Positions 25,192-33,992 of a stretch of DNA of 64,000 bases are shown here, piece by piece; within the stretch, counting starts at the first letter, position 1; each line of letters begins with the position of its first letter. The stretch is from a virus. A program made the position numbers and the translations under genes. The notes under the pieces were generated by a model. That model ran no database searches, was not told where the DNA came from, and saw nothing but the letters and a program-made list of their open reading frames with translations. The stretch is from the IMG/VR virus record IMGVR_UViG_3300016471_000517, positions 32,001 through 96,000 of that record. The stretch is one strand, 5' to 3'.

Positions 25192-25938
25192 TTATTTTTT
25201 TAACCAATTGTTGAGTAATTTTTCTCTTGTTGCCATTTTTAATTTTTTTGCAACTTCTGATCCCTTAGATTTTGTGCCCATAACTTTATCCACCGTATCC
25301 TGTAATTTTTTATTAAAAGCCAAATCTGGAACATATCTGCTATATGCGTCGGGCAATCCTTGTTGGTAAGGAGCAGTCATGTCTTGACCTGCAAACAAGC
25401 CAGCCTGAGCTAAAGATTGTTTTAAATTTTGGCTAACATAGTTGCTAACAGCTTGATTTAAATTTTTCCACCCAATTTTAACGTCTTGTTCAGGGTCATC
25501 TGTTTCTGGGATGCTGTCAGAATATTGAGCAATAAAATCTCTTGCTCTTGCAAATGTTGCATCATCCACACCAAATCCCATCCCAGACCCGATATTATTA
25601 GTGTAGTGCGGTTTATTGGGTACAACACGTATGTCGGTTCCTTGGACTATTCCCGGCTTTCCTTGGCCTTTTAAAGCAGACGCTGCTGCCCCTGAGTTCC
25701 ATGACATTGCATCGGATGCACCACCAATGTCAAGGTATGAATAAGTTCCGGCGACACCACCTGCATTGGGAACGGGAACTTTACCACTGCTTGTTGTTTG
25801 AGTTTTTTCAGATGGAGTAAAGAATCCATCAAGAACTTCTTCAAGTAGTTCTTGTTTTTGTTCTATTAATTTTTTAAGTTTAAAAATTTCAATTTCTAAC
25901 TCTTCTGAAAGAATTTTATAAGAGGATTCTTGTTTCAT
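25192..25938 (-). CDS. putative virion protein
   Basis: coiled-coil leader ending LLEE. Confidence 0.7.
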   Translation of the reverse strand: MKQESSYKILSEELEIEIFKLKKLIEQKQELLEEVLDGFFTPSEKTQTTSSGKVPVPNAGGVAGTYSYLDIGGASDAMSWNSGAAASALKGQGKPGIVQGTDIRVVPNKPHYTNNIGSGMGFGVDDATFARARDFIAQYSDSIPETDDPEQDVKIGWKNLNQAVSNYVSQNLKQSLAQAGLFAGQDMTAPYQQGLPDAYSRYVPDLAFNKKLQDTVDKVMGTKSKGSEVAKKLKMATREKLLNNWLKK

Positions 25939-26141
25939 TTTAAACTTTCTCCAAATACAGATTTGAGTATTTCATCTATATTTGGAATGTTATTTCTTTG
26001 GAGCTGTCCGTAAAGTTGTTGAATGACTTCTTTTTTCCACTGATTTATACCGTACTCAGTTGGATTTTGTTTTCCTACAATTTGGTCCTCTATATTATAG
26101 AGATTACCTTCTTTTAAGGAATTATTTTTGTTTCTTTGCAC
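25935..26141 (-). CDS. short ORF, possibly frameshifted continuation of upstream gene
   Basis: no ATG/RBS; overlaps upstream stop in +1 frame. Confidence 0.45.
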   Translation of the reverse strand: MQRNKNNSLKEGNLYNIEDQIVGKQNPTEYGINQWKKEVIQQLYGQLQRNNIPNIDEILKSVFGESLK

Positions 26142-26445
26142 GGAGCTTCTTCAAAGTTAGAGCAAGGCGAGCACGCTTTCCGAGCTTTCCACCTTTTTCA
26201 GCAGCCTTTTCAAGCTTGCCTTCAGGAATCTTTTTTCCTTCTTTTACTTTGAGTGATTTTCTCAAAGCTCCTGGTTTTTTGATGGCACCTTGAATCCAGT
26301 TCTTTTTCTCGTTCAAAGCATAATCAAGAAGAACATTGTCATCTTCAAACAAATTTTCAATAATTTCGTCTGCGATTTCAAGTTCTTCTCTAAGAAGTTC
26401 AACTTGTGCGATTAATTGTCTTAATTGAAATAGTGTTGGGTCCAT
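26122..26445 (-). CDS. acidic leader plus basic KKNWIQGAIKKPGALR domain
   Basis: basic module widespread in phage proteins; TATAAATA upstream. Confidence 0.75.
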   Translation of the reverse strand: MDPTLFQLRQLIAQVELLREELEIADEIIENLFEDDNVLLDYALNEKKNWIQGAIKKPGALRKSLKVKEGKKIPEGKLEKAAEKGGKLGKRARLALTLKKLRAKKQK

Positions 26446-26450
26446 GAAAG

Positions 26451-26470
26451 TATTTATATTTTTCTAAATA
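26451..26470. promoter_or_regulatory. back-to-back T4-type late promoters
   Basis: TATTTATA (minus TATAAATA) and CTAAATA (plus), each within 8 nt of an ATG. Confidence 0.7.
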
Positions 26471-26478
26471 TTTCTAAC

Positions 26479-26721
26479 ATGTATGACATTTATCTAAACG
26501 GATCAACATTAGCTACAGGATCAACAAAATTTCCAAAACATAAAGGTGTTTTGGCCATAGCCAACTCAGCTGGAAATGGTTTAACCGGTTGGTTCATAAA
26601 CCAACAAGGAAACACAATTTCCGTTCCATTTTATTTACCAGCTGGACCAACAATTCTACCACATCAATTTTATTCTATAACAGCTTTGAATACCGGTGTT
26701 ACAGCTTTTTTGCTAAATTAA
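26479..26721 (+). CDS. small putative structural protein
   Basis: late promoter; 80 aa beta-type. Confidence 0.65.
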   Translation: MYDIYLNGSTLATGSTKFPKHKGVLAIANSAGNGLTGWFINQQGNTISVPFYLPAGPTILPHQFYSITALNTGVTAFLLN

Positions 26722-26722
26722 T

Positions 26723-26929
26723 ATGCAAAAAAATCATCGGTGTCTTGTGACCAATCAAAGGTTAGATCCCGGAGATTGGTATTGGTACTCATGGGAAATG
26801 GAAGCTCCCATATCTGCTGCTGGCATGGCAGAACTGGAACAAAGAAGATTTGATCCAGATGATGAATTTGCTAAAATTATTTGGGAAGAATGGGTCTGGT
26901 CTAAAGAAATAGGCCAACCAGACCTTTAA
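26723..26929 (+). CDS. hypothetical protein
   Basis: 68 aa, Trp-rich. Confidence 0.6.
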   Translation: MQKNHRCLVTNQRLDPGDWYWYSWEMEAPISAAGMAELEQRRFDPDDEFAKIIWEEWVWSKEIGQPDL

Positions 26930-29173
26930 TTATCTTATAATTTTCATTCTTCTTATTTCTTCTGGTGTCCATTCTTCATCGGGAAGTTTCAAAGGAGCGT
27001 TCATAGTTCCTTCATTATCTGGTTCAAGATCTTTTGGTCTTCTTGATGTTGTTGCGAACATCGGTCTTCCCAACATTCTATCTCTCAATGGATCAAGCAC
27101 ATCTGCATATCGAGTCATTGGATTGATAAATCTTGGATCCTCCTTACCAGTGTAAGGTCTAACATTTCCAGGAGCATTTACAATTCTCATATTTGAGATA
27201 TCAATGTTTGGAGCTTGTGGTCTGGAAGAAATTTCCGGTTTTGTTGAACCAAATTTTGTAAATTTTCTACCCAAAACTCTATCCAAATATTGACCAACAT
27301 TTCCTGGAAGTTCTGATTTTGTATTTACAGTTGAGCCGCCACCCATTTCTGATTGTATAATTCCAGTTTCTATTTCTGGTCCATATTCATTCGCTTCCTT
27401 TGCCGCTTGTTCATCTTTATCAAGCAACTGATTTAACATTTTGGAAACTCTATTTAAATATGCTGTTTCTGCTGGTGTATTTCCACTTTGATCTTCACTA
27501 AATCTATTTACTTTTTTACCACCAATTCCCAAAAATCCACCTTCAGTTTTTTGTCTTCCACCCATAAATTTAGCAGTTTCTCCCCTAGCTAGAGCAGTTG
27601 CTGCCATAAACAATTTTTCTTTTTCTGAAAGTTTATTCCATTCTTCGGATTCAGGGACTACATAGCCTTTAAATTGAGGTGTGTCGGGAGTAATTTTTAT
27701 TTGTTGAATCTGATCTGTCTCTGCCTTTGTCTCTGTATCTGTTTCTGGAAAAATTGGGAATTGACCTCTTTCCTGGTCTGGAATTGGAACGGCGCCAGGA
27801 ACATCAGTGGTTCCATAAAGTTTTTCCCGCATCGCATTTGGAGTTGTTTGGGCTAAATTCTTTTTAATAAAATCAGATACTTTTGGTCCAACGGAAGATA
27901 TTACATTTTCAGCAGCTTTATTTAAAGTTTGTCTGAAAGGAATCCCACCCTCTTGTTTTGGAAAAATTGGGAATTGACCTCTTTCTACAGCAAAAGGATC
28001 TGGAACATATTTCCCCATTCCAGGTGGTTCGTTTATTACACGACTTCCATCTGTATCCAAGTCATATTGGAGAGCATCCATGTAATCCTGTCTTGCATTT
28101 GAATCTTTTTTTTCCGGTTCCTGTTCTCTTCGAACTATTTCTTGAGCTTGTCGGTTTATCTCGTCATCCTGTGCGGCCAGTTCTCTGTCAATTCTTTCAG
28201 CTGATTGCCTTTGAGCTGTTCTTTCTCTTGATCCTGGAGTTGTTCTTGCTAGTTGACCTGTCTCGGTGTCATACCAAGCATCACTAGTTCCAAATTTTGG
28301 AATGTCCGTGGGTCTTTGACGCATTGTATAGAATTGTGCACTATTTTGTGCTGGCACTTCACCGGGCCCTGAAGTGGCTGACCAATTTGGTGCTCCTCTG
28401 GAAGCTAAATCAAAAAATATTCTTTGGTCTTCTCTGTTAAGAGCATCGTAATCACGACCTGTTGCAGTCTTAAAATCACCATGAGTAACTTGATATACTG
28501 GACTTATTCTTGAACCTGCTTTTCTTTCTTTTCTTTCAGTATCTACCGCTGCTGATTTTTCTCTTGACAAAACAAAAGCTGTTTCAATTTCTTCTGGTGA
28601 AAATTTTTTGCCTCGGGGATTGAGTTTAGAGCCACTAGTTTGAGTTTCAAATGCTTTTTTTGCGGCGTCATATGCTTCTTGTTCTGCTCCCGGTTTTGGA
28701 GTTGTTTTAAACATTCCAAGAGGAAGATTTGATAATTGTGTTCCAGATGCAACTCTCTGTCTTCCTTGAGCTAATTTTTTACTTTCTTCAGCTTTAATTC
28801 TTCCGTAACCACTTTGCGAGAGTTGATTTTCAAGTTCTGCAATTTTAGATTCAACACCCGGATCCACTCCAGCTCCTTGGGCTTGTCTTGCAGCAACTCT
28901 TCTCATTCTGTTTAAAGTTTCTTGAGCATCTTTTTGTCTTGCCTTTACCATTCCACCCAATCTTTGATCAGTATAAGAAGAATAATCGGGTTGATATGCC
29001 GGAGTTGGATTTCCGGTATTATATCCAATAGATCCACCTGTAGTTCCACTTGGAAACATTGGTCTCATATTAGGTGAACCAAAATAACCAGGCGTCCCAT
29101 ATCCTGTTCCAGGAGCATCAAAGGGAGTATCTTCAATGATATAAGAAACTAAAAAATCAGAAATTTTTTTCAT
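26930..29173 (-). CDS. large low-complexity putative internal virion protein
   Basis: MKKISDFLVSYIIE leader; internal repeat ERGQFPIFP x2. Confidence 0.75.
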   Translation of the reverse strand: MKKISDFLVSYIIEDTPFDAPGTGYGTPGYFGSPNMRPMFPSGTTGGSIGYNTGNPTPAYQPDYSSYTDQRLGGMVKARQKDAQETLNRMRRVAARQAQGAGVDPGVESKIAELENQLSQSGYGRIKAEESKKLAQGRQRVASGTQLSNLPLGMFKTTPKPGAEQEAYDAAKKAFETQTSGSKLNPRGKKFSPEEIETAFVLSREKSAAVDTERKERKAGSRISPVYQVTHGDFKTATGRDYDALNREDQRIFFDLASRGAPNWSATSGPGEVPAQNSAQFYTMRQRPTDIPKFGTSDAWYDTETGQLARTTPGSRERTAQRQSAERIDRELAAQDDEINRQAQEIVRREQEPEKKDSNARQDYMDALQYDLDTDGSRVINEPPGMGKYVPDPFAVERGQFPIFPKQEGGIPFRQTLNKAAENVISSVGPKVSDFIKKNLAQTTPNAMREKLYGTTDVPGAVPIPDQERGQFPIFPETDTETKAETDQIQQIKITPDTPQFKGYVVPESEEWNKLSEKEKLFMAATALARGETAKFMGGRQKTEGGFLGIGGKKVNRFSEDQSGNTPAETAYLNRVSKMLNQLLDKDEQAAKEANEYGPEIETGIIQSEMGGGSTVNTKSELPGNVGQYLDRVLGRKFTKFGSTKPEISSRPQAPNIDISNMRIVNAPGNVRPYTGKEDPRFINPMTRYADVLDPLRDRMLGRPMFATTSRRPKDLEPDNEGTMNAPLKLPDEEWTPEEIRRMKIIR

Positions 29174-29175
29174 TT

Positions 29176-29901
29176 TTATTTCTTTCCTCGGAGCATTCGA
29201 TCAATTATAGATTCTATATTTTCTTCTCTTGCTTCCCTACCAGCTTCATACTCTTGCTCCGAAGCAGCTTGTCTGGCTGCGATTCTTGCAGCTCTGCTAG
29301 CTTCTTTATAAGACTGTCTCGCATGCTCTGATCGGGCTTGTGCGGCCAAAGAATAAGTTGGAAGTGGACTTGAAGGATCGCCTATTCCGGGATCGGCCAT
29401 TTCACCGTCTTCCGCATCCATTTCAACTTCATTTGCATTGCCTACAGGAGCAGCATCAACTGGTCCCATTGCTCTGGCTCTTTGAGCCGATAATTCTGCT
29501 CTTTTCATTCTTGCTATTTGGGCATAAACACCAGGATCACCGCCAGCCAAAGAAACTGAAGTTGGTGTAACCTTCTCATAACCTGGAACACCGCCCTGCA
29601 TCTTGTTTTGAATTTCTGCGGCCATTGCTGCTTTCAAAGAACCTTCTCTTGCAGCATCTACTTGTTTACCACTCTCCCCATAAATTGGAAGAACATCATC
29701 ACCTTGCATAGTTCTTGGTGCTGGTGGTTGCATTTGCCCAGAAAGAGCAGCTTGTCTTTGTGGATCTGTAATTCTTCTTGCTTTTTGTTCATTTAGTTGA
29801 ACTCTTTGAGTATAAATTTTTGACTCAGAGAGCAATTTTGCTTTCATGGCAGCTGAATTTAATTCATGGATCCATGAATAACTATTAATTTTCTTTTTCA
29901 T
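29176..29901 (-). CDS. putative internal virion protein
   Basis: leader ending QLNE; CTAAATA upstream. Confidence 0.7.
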   Translation of the reverse strand: MKKKINSYSWIHELNSAAMKAKLLSESKIYTQRVQLNEQKARRITDPQRQAALSGQMQPPAPRTMQGDDVLPIYGESGKQVDAAREGSLKAAMAAEIQNKMQGGVPGYEKVTPTSVSLAGGDPGVYAQIARMKRAELSAQRARAMGPVDAAPVGNANEVEMDAEDGEMADPGIGDPSSPLPTYSLAAQARSEHARQSYKEASRAARIAARQAASEQEYEAGREAREENIESIIDRMLRGKK

Positions 29902-29950
29902 AAAAATATTTAGATTTGACTTAACTTTAAAAAGGATTATAATTAGATAT

Positions 29951-30073
29951 ATGGATTTAAATGGACAAGCAGGAAAGGGTGATACTTATCGCCCGGTAGA
30001 TTATAAAGTTTGGTGTAAAAATTTTGATGCAATTTTTAATAAGAAAAAACCAAAAAAGAAGAAGAAAAAATAA
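29951..30073 (+). CDS. 40-aa basic protein (not in ORF track)
   Basis: MDLNGQAGKGDTYRPVDYKVWCKNFDAIFNKKK; follows TTGACT-16-TATAAT. Confidence 0.65.
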   Translation: MDLNGQAGKGDTYRPVDYKVWCKNFDAIFNKKKPKKKKKK

Positions 30074-30078
30074 AATTT

Positions 30079-30150
30079 GCGGGTGTAACTCAATGGCAGA
30101 GTGCAAGCCTTCCAAGCTTGATGTTGAGGGTTCGACCCCCTTCACCCGCT
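30079..30150 (+). tRNA. tRNA-Gly(UCC)
   Basis: GCGGGTG/CACCCGC, CAAGC-CTTCCAA-GCTTG. Confidence 0.92.
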
Positions 30151-30153
30151 TTC

Positions 30154-30181
30154 TTGACAAACAATAAACACGGTGTATAAT
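30154..30181 (+). promoter_or_regulatory. sigma70-type promoter, leaderless
   Basis: TTGACA-16-TATAAT; ATG at 30188. Confidence 0.8.
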
Positions 30182-30187
30182 ATAACC

Positions 30188-30361
30188 ATGCCTAATTCAA
30201 AACAACGTATTACTGCTCGTACTCACAAAAAGCGCAAGAATAGGATTGCTCGTCAACGTGCCGAGAGTCTTATGAATGCAAAGGTTGGCACTCTTCGTAA
30301 GCTTGACGAGATTGGCCAACTTCCTAAGTCTGTCAAGCTTTCAAGGTTGCCAAATGGCTAA
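30188..30361 (+). CDS. small basic protein
   Basis: MPNSKQR start after promoter. Confidence 0.65.
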   Translation: MPNSKQRITARTHKKRKNRIARQRAESLMNAKVGTLRKLDEIGQLPKSVKLSRLPNG

Positions 30362-30650
30362 AACTGAAACTGTTATGACGTTTGAAGAAGTTCGCAAGAA
30401 GTATGGTCACATTGAATGCTTCTTTACTTACTTCGATGGAGAAAAGTGTTCTTTTGATTTTTATGGAACGGATGCTAATGGAAACGAAGTTCGTCTATCC
30501 ATTGGTGGTTGCCCTGCTTGGATCAAGCATCTTGCATTCGGTCCCAATGATGGTATAAATATTTCTGACGCAATAGAGCGTCATGTTCGATACATTTCTG
30601 TTACGGACAATCGTAGCAAAGTTTTGTATGAACAAATTTTTGACGTTTAA
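30354..30650 (+). CDS. hypothetical protein
   Basis: MAKTETV start overlapping previous gene. Confidence 0.7.
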   Translation: MAKTETVMTFEEVRKKYGHIECFFTYFDGEKCSFDFYGTDANGNEVRLSIGGCPAWIKHLAFGPNDGINISDAIERHVRYISVTDNRSKVLYEQIFDV

Positions 30651-30658
30651 AGGAAAAC

Positions 30659-31057
30659 ATGAATAATTCAGATTTTAACGATTTTATGAATTGGCAGAAT
30701 GGTGACGAAGAGCCACCAAAAAACTTTTTCTACTATGGTCCTTGGAATGAAAAATTCAAGGAGATGTGGAACAAGATGCATCAAAACATTGACAAGAATG
30801 AATACGCAGAGCAGATGAAAGATTATATGAATATTGATGACATCATGAAAGATGTTATGAATAATTCTATGAAAAAGAATAAAGATAATTCAAAGCCAAA
30901 TAAAAATCGTACAAAGAAGACAATCTTCAACCAAGATGATTATTTGAAGCTTATTGAAATTCGTGGTTATCTTGCTATTACTGAACAGTATGCACACGTA
31001 AAGGCTTTGGATAAGCTTCTGAATGAAATTATTATTGTTCCAAAGGAGCCGAAATGA
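30659..31057 (+). CDS. hypothetical protein
   Basis: AAGGA RBS. Confidence 0.7.
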   Translation: MNNSDFNDFMNWQNGDEEPPKNFFYYGPWNEKFKEMWNKMHQNIDKNEYAEQMKDYMNIDDIMKDVMNNSMKKNKDNSKPNKNRTKKTIFNQDDYLKLIEIRGYLAITEQYAHVKALDKLLNEIIIVPKEPK

Positions 31058-31272
31058 CTGAATACACCCCAGGATCTGCATATAATCTAGGATTCAAGTC
31101 TAGAATGAGTGGTGGTTCCAAACCATCAAATGCTACAATGAATGAGAGTGATGTTTATTGGCAAGAATGGCTTGCTGGTTGGGATGATGCCCATCAAAAA
31201 ATTTTGAGTGAGGCGAGAGCAAAAGCAGAATGCTCTAAACCCAAGTGTTGTAAAAATTTTATTCAAGATTGA
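31054..31272 (+). CDS. small hypothetical protein (AY..GF...W..GW, Rmf-like pattern)
   Basis: AAGGAG RBS, ATGA overlap. Confidence 0.6.
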   Translation: MTEYTPGSAYNLGFKSRMSGGSKPSNATMNESDVYWQEWLAGWDDAHQKILSEARAKAECSKPKCCKNFIQD

Positions 31273-31273
31273 T

Positions 31274-31297
31274 AAAACCCCCGAAAGGGGGTTTTTT
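31274..31297. terminator. bidirectional intrinsic terminator
   Basis: AAAACCCCC-GAAA-GGGGGTTTTTT between convergent genes. Confidence 0.85.
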
Positions 31298-33032
31298 ATC
31301 TTATAAATCCTTGAACGTGTTGAACTATACTAGAAAAAAGTTCTTCATCGCTCAAATGTTTTCTCATTGTTTCTATCATTTCATCGTTTATATCTGCATG
31401 AACTATATTTCCTGTACCCATATTTTTAGCGGTGGTTTCAATTGCAGCTTGACGTTTTTTTGGTGATAAATCTGAACCTCTTGCCCATACGTCAATCTCT
31501 GGAGAAACTTCTCCAGTTTTTCCTTTTTTTATCACGACTCTTGGTTTTACAGTTACAGTATCAATAATGTTTGGATCAACTAATACATCTGAAACAAGAC
31601 CGGCACTCAAAACAGCAGGAAGTTTTGTTTGCCCTGTTTCTGGCTCGGGGCTTAAAGTGAGTTTTACTTTTTTTGAAGCTGGTTGTAAGACAGACCAATT
31701 TACTGCTTTAGCCCCCTCCAAATTATAACCAGCTCTAATGTAATCTCTTATAGTTTTTAAATCAACATTTCTAGATAAACCTCTTTTTATTGCATCTTCC
31801 AAAGAACTTTTAGCACCTCTGACTTTTTCTGTATCAGTTATTTTTTTTATTGTTTTGGCATCTAGTGTTGGAAAAGTTTCTTGTGGTATTTTTTCTATTT
31901 CCCTTCCCAACTCCCCTGATAGATCAGCAATCTGTTGTGTAATTCCAAGATTGCGTTTTAATGGTTCATCGGCTCTTCTTCTAATAGAAGTGTTAATTCC
32001 TTTAACATCTAAAAGCTCAGTTCTCAAATCACCAGATTTATCTGCTTTAATTTCTGCTGCATCTGGACCATTTTCAGACGTTTCTTTTTTGGATAAATCA
32101 TCAAAAGATGAAATAAATAAGTCTAAACCTTTTTCACCACCTGTTCTAGCTGCATGTAAAGATCTTATCGCATGAACCATTCGTGCAGTATGTTCTTCTT
32201 TAGATCCAGCAACTGGTTTTGCACCACTTTCTGGGGTATAATCTGCATTTGTCATCAAATTTTTAAAAATATCAGTAATTTTTTTGTTTTCATTTAAAAT
32301 GTCAAGATTTTCTAAGTTAAATTGTTCTACTAAACTTTTTTCATTGTAAGGAATAAAGAATATTTCTCCACTTTCTTCATCCCGAACAGCCATCTTTCCA
32401 TTTTTATTTCTTCTTTGAAATCTTTGTAGATATCTTTTTGTTTTGCTATCTTGAAGTTGTTTCCATGCCTTTGCTGCTTTAAATGCATCAAATTCGGATT
32501 TTGATACATTAAACATCTCAATACTTGGGAACATGTTTACAGGGCCACTCCTAGACATCATGGGCATCATGACCGGATCATACCCCGACACATTGCCTTT
32601 ATTGGCACCGGGAGCCTCTGCAGGCGTTCCTATTGTTCCTGCGCCACCACCAGCAGACCCTGTTGACATATCTTCCAACAGATTAAGATAGCTAACGCCA
32701 TCTTCTGCGTTAATCATGATATGGGATTCTATCAAAGAATTTAATTGTTCTTTACTTATTTCAGGTAAATCAAACTCTTCGTTGAATACCTGCAATGTTC
32801 CCATTAAATTTTGTAATTTATACTTTGTAGTTCCGGGAGGAAGTTGATCAAATATTCTTTTTAATTTTATTACAAAATATTCAAAGGGATCTATACTGCT
32901 TTCGTTTCCCTTTATATTTCCATTTCGATCAATTATTCCAGAAGAATAAGCATTCAGGGCGGTGTATGGGCCACTTACTGCATCTGCAAAACGATAAAAA
33001 TAAAATGAGGGAATATATGACAGGTTTGCCAT
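31296..33032 (-). CDS. T4-like conserved N-terminal domain fused to variable C-terminal domain
   Basis: YRF...PY....AY..GIID.NG N-terminus; late promoter; LLE/LNE junctions. Confidence 0.7.
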   Translation of the reverse strand: MANLSYIPSFYFYRFADAVSGPYTALNAYSSGIIDRNGNIKGNESSIDPFEYFVIKLKRIFDQLPPGTTKYKLQNLMGTLQVFNEEFDLPEISKEQLNSLIESHIMINAEDGVSYLNLLEDMSTGSAGGGAGTIGTPAEAPGANKGNVSGYDPVMMPMMSRSGPVNMFPSIEMFNVSKSEFDAFKAAKAWKQLQDSKTKRYLQRFQRRNKNGKMAVRDEESGEIFFIPYNEKSLVEQFNLENLDILNENKKITDIFKNLMTNADYTPESGAKPVAGSKEEHTARMVHAIRSLHAARTGGEKGLDLFISSFDDLSKKETSENGPDAAEIKADKSGDLRTELLDVKGINTSIRRRADEPLKRNLGITQQIADLSGELGREIEKIPQETFPTLDAKTIKKITDTEKVRGAKSSLEDAIKRGLSRNVDLKTIRDYIRAGYNLEGAKAVNWSVLQPASKKVKLTLSPEPETGQTKLPAVLSAGLVSDVLVDPNIIDTVTVKPRVVIKKGKTGEVSPEIDVWARGSDLSPKKRQAAIETTAKNMGTGNIVHADINDEMIETMRKHLSDEELFSSIVQHVQGFIR

Positions 33033-33041
33033 TAAAAATAT

Positions 33042-33437
33042 TTAGCTTTCGGCACCCTGTAATTTACGATCAACCCTTGGATCTGTATTTAATTTGTTAA
33101 ATTTAACTTCTGGAATGTCTTTTATTTGAAATTCTAAGAAAACCAAAAAAGACTTTAAGTAAGAATGTAATCTTGGTTCCAGCCTAAAAAACAATATTCT
33201 GGCACAATTTTCTTCACCAAAAACATTTTTTAAAATTATAATGTGATTGATTATTAATCTCTCACGTATTGATTTTAAAGTTTTTTGTTTATGTATCTTT
33301 TGTATGAGACGATTTACGTATTTTATACGTTTTAAATCGTCCATAAACTCGGTTTTGCCAGAGCATTCTGGATTAAAATAATAAGTCTGACAGAATTGTA
33401 AAAAGGTATCTTCTGTCAGACTTACTTTATTTTTCAT
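33042..33437 (-). CDS. conserved T4-like phage protein
   Basis: YFNPEC...DDLKRIKY...ERLIINHII.L.NVFG. Confidence 0.8.
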   Translation of the reverse strand: MKNKVSLTEDTFLQFCQTYYFNPECSGKTEFMDDLKRIKYVNRLIQKIHKQKTLKSIRERLIINHIIILKNVFGEENCARILFFRLEPRLHSYLKSFLVFLEFQIKDIPEVKFNKLNTDPRVDRKLQGAES

Positions 33438-33441
33438 TAGT

Positions 33442-33975
33442 TCAGTGCATGCAGCCACAGTCATTACCACCACCCATGTCGGGAACGATTACCATTTGCA
33501 CTTTACGAAGCATGTTTGGTTGCTTTACTACAGTTACAGAAAGATTTAGGCCATGACCCATTTTTTCTTTGATTCCGTCACCCTGTGAGAAACCTGTTTT
33601 ATTTACATCGTCATATGGATTTTGACCATAGACTCCCAAATATGGGCTACCATATTGGTATAGTTTGATTAAATTTTCTCCATCTTGGAGTGCGTTCTGT
33701 TGTTGGAAGTCAAAACCAAAGTGATTTAGTTTTTGCTTTACGACATTGAGAACGTGATCCGGATCAATATAATCTCTTTGGCTCAAGCCATACAATAAGG
33801 CATTGATCGCATCGATAGATCTTGGGAGCTGAATGTTAAAGGTGCCTTTGTCGGTAAGGGCGCTTGGCATTCTGGGTGCTTGTGGATCACCGATAAACAA
33901 ACCACCACCAAAGGTTTGTTCACCTGAATTTTCTGTTATTGGACCGGTTTGTTTTAATAATTGTTTAAATTTCAT
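33442..33975 (-). CDS. putative head-associated protein
   Basis: MKFKQLLK...ITE leader; CTAAATA upstream. Confidence 0.7.
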   Translation of the reverse strand: MKFKQLLKQTGPITENSGEQTFGGGLFIGDPQAPRMPSALTDKGTFNIQLPRSIDAINALLYGLSQRDYIDPDHVLNVVKQKLNHFGFDFQQQNALQDGENLIKLYQYGSPYLGVYGQNPYDDVNKTGFSQGDGIKEKMGHGLNLSVTVVKQPNMLRKVQMVIVPDMGGGNDCGCMH

Positions 33976-33992
33976 GGCTTATATTATTTAGG

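Noticed and set aside
13122-30160. ORF-track starts or ORFs running through tRNAs (13122, 13742, 20937, 29957..30160)
   Set aside because: They translate tRNA sequence; true starts lie just after the tRNAs.
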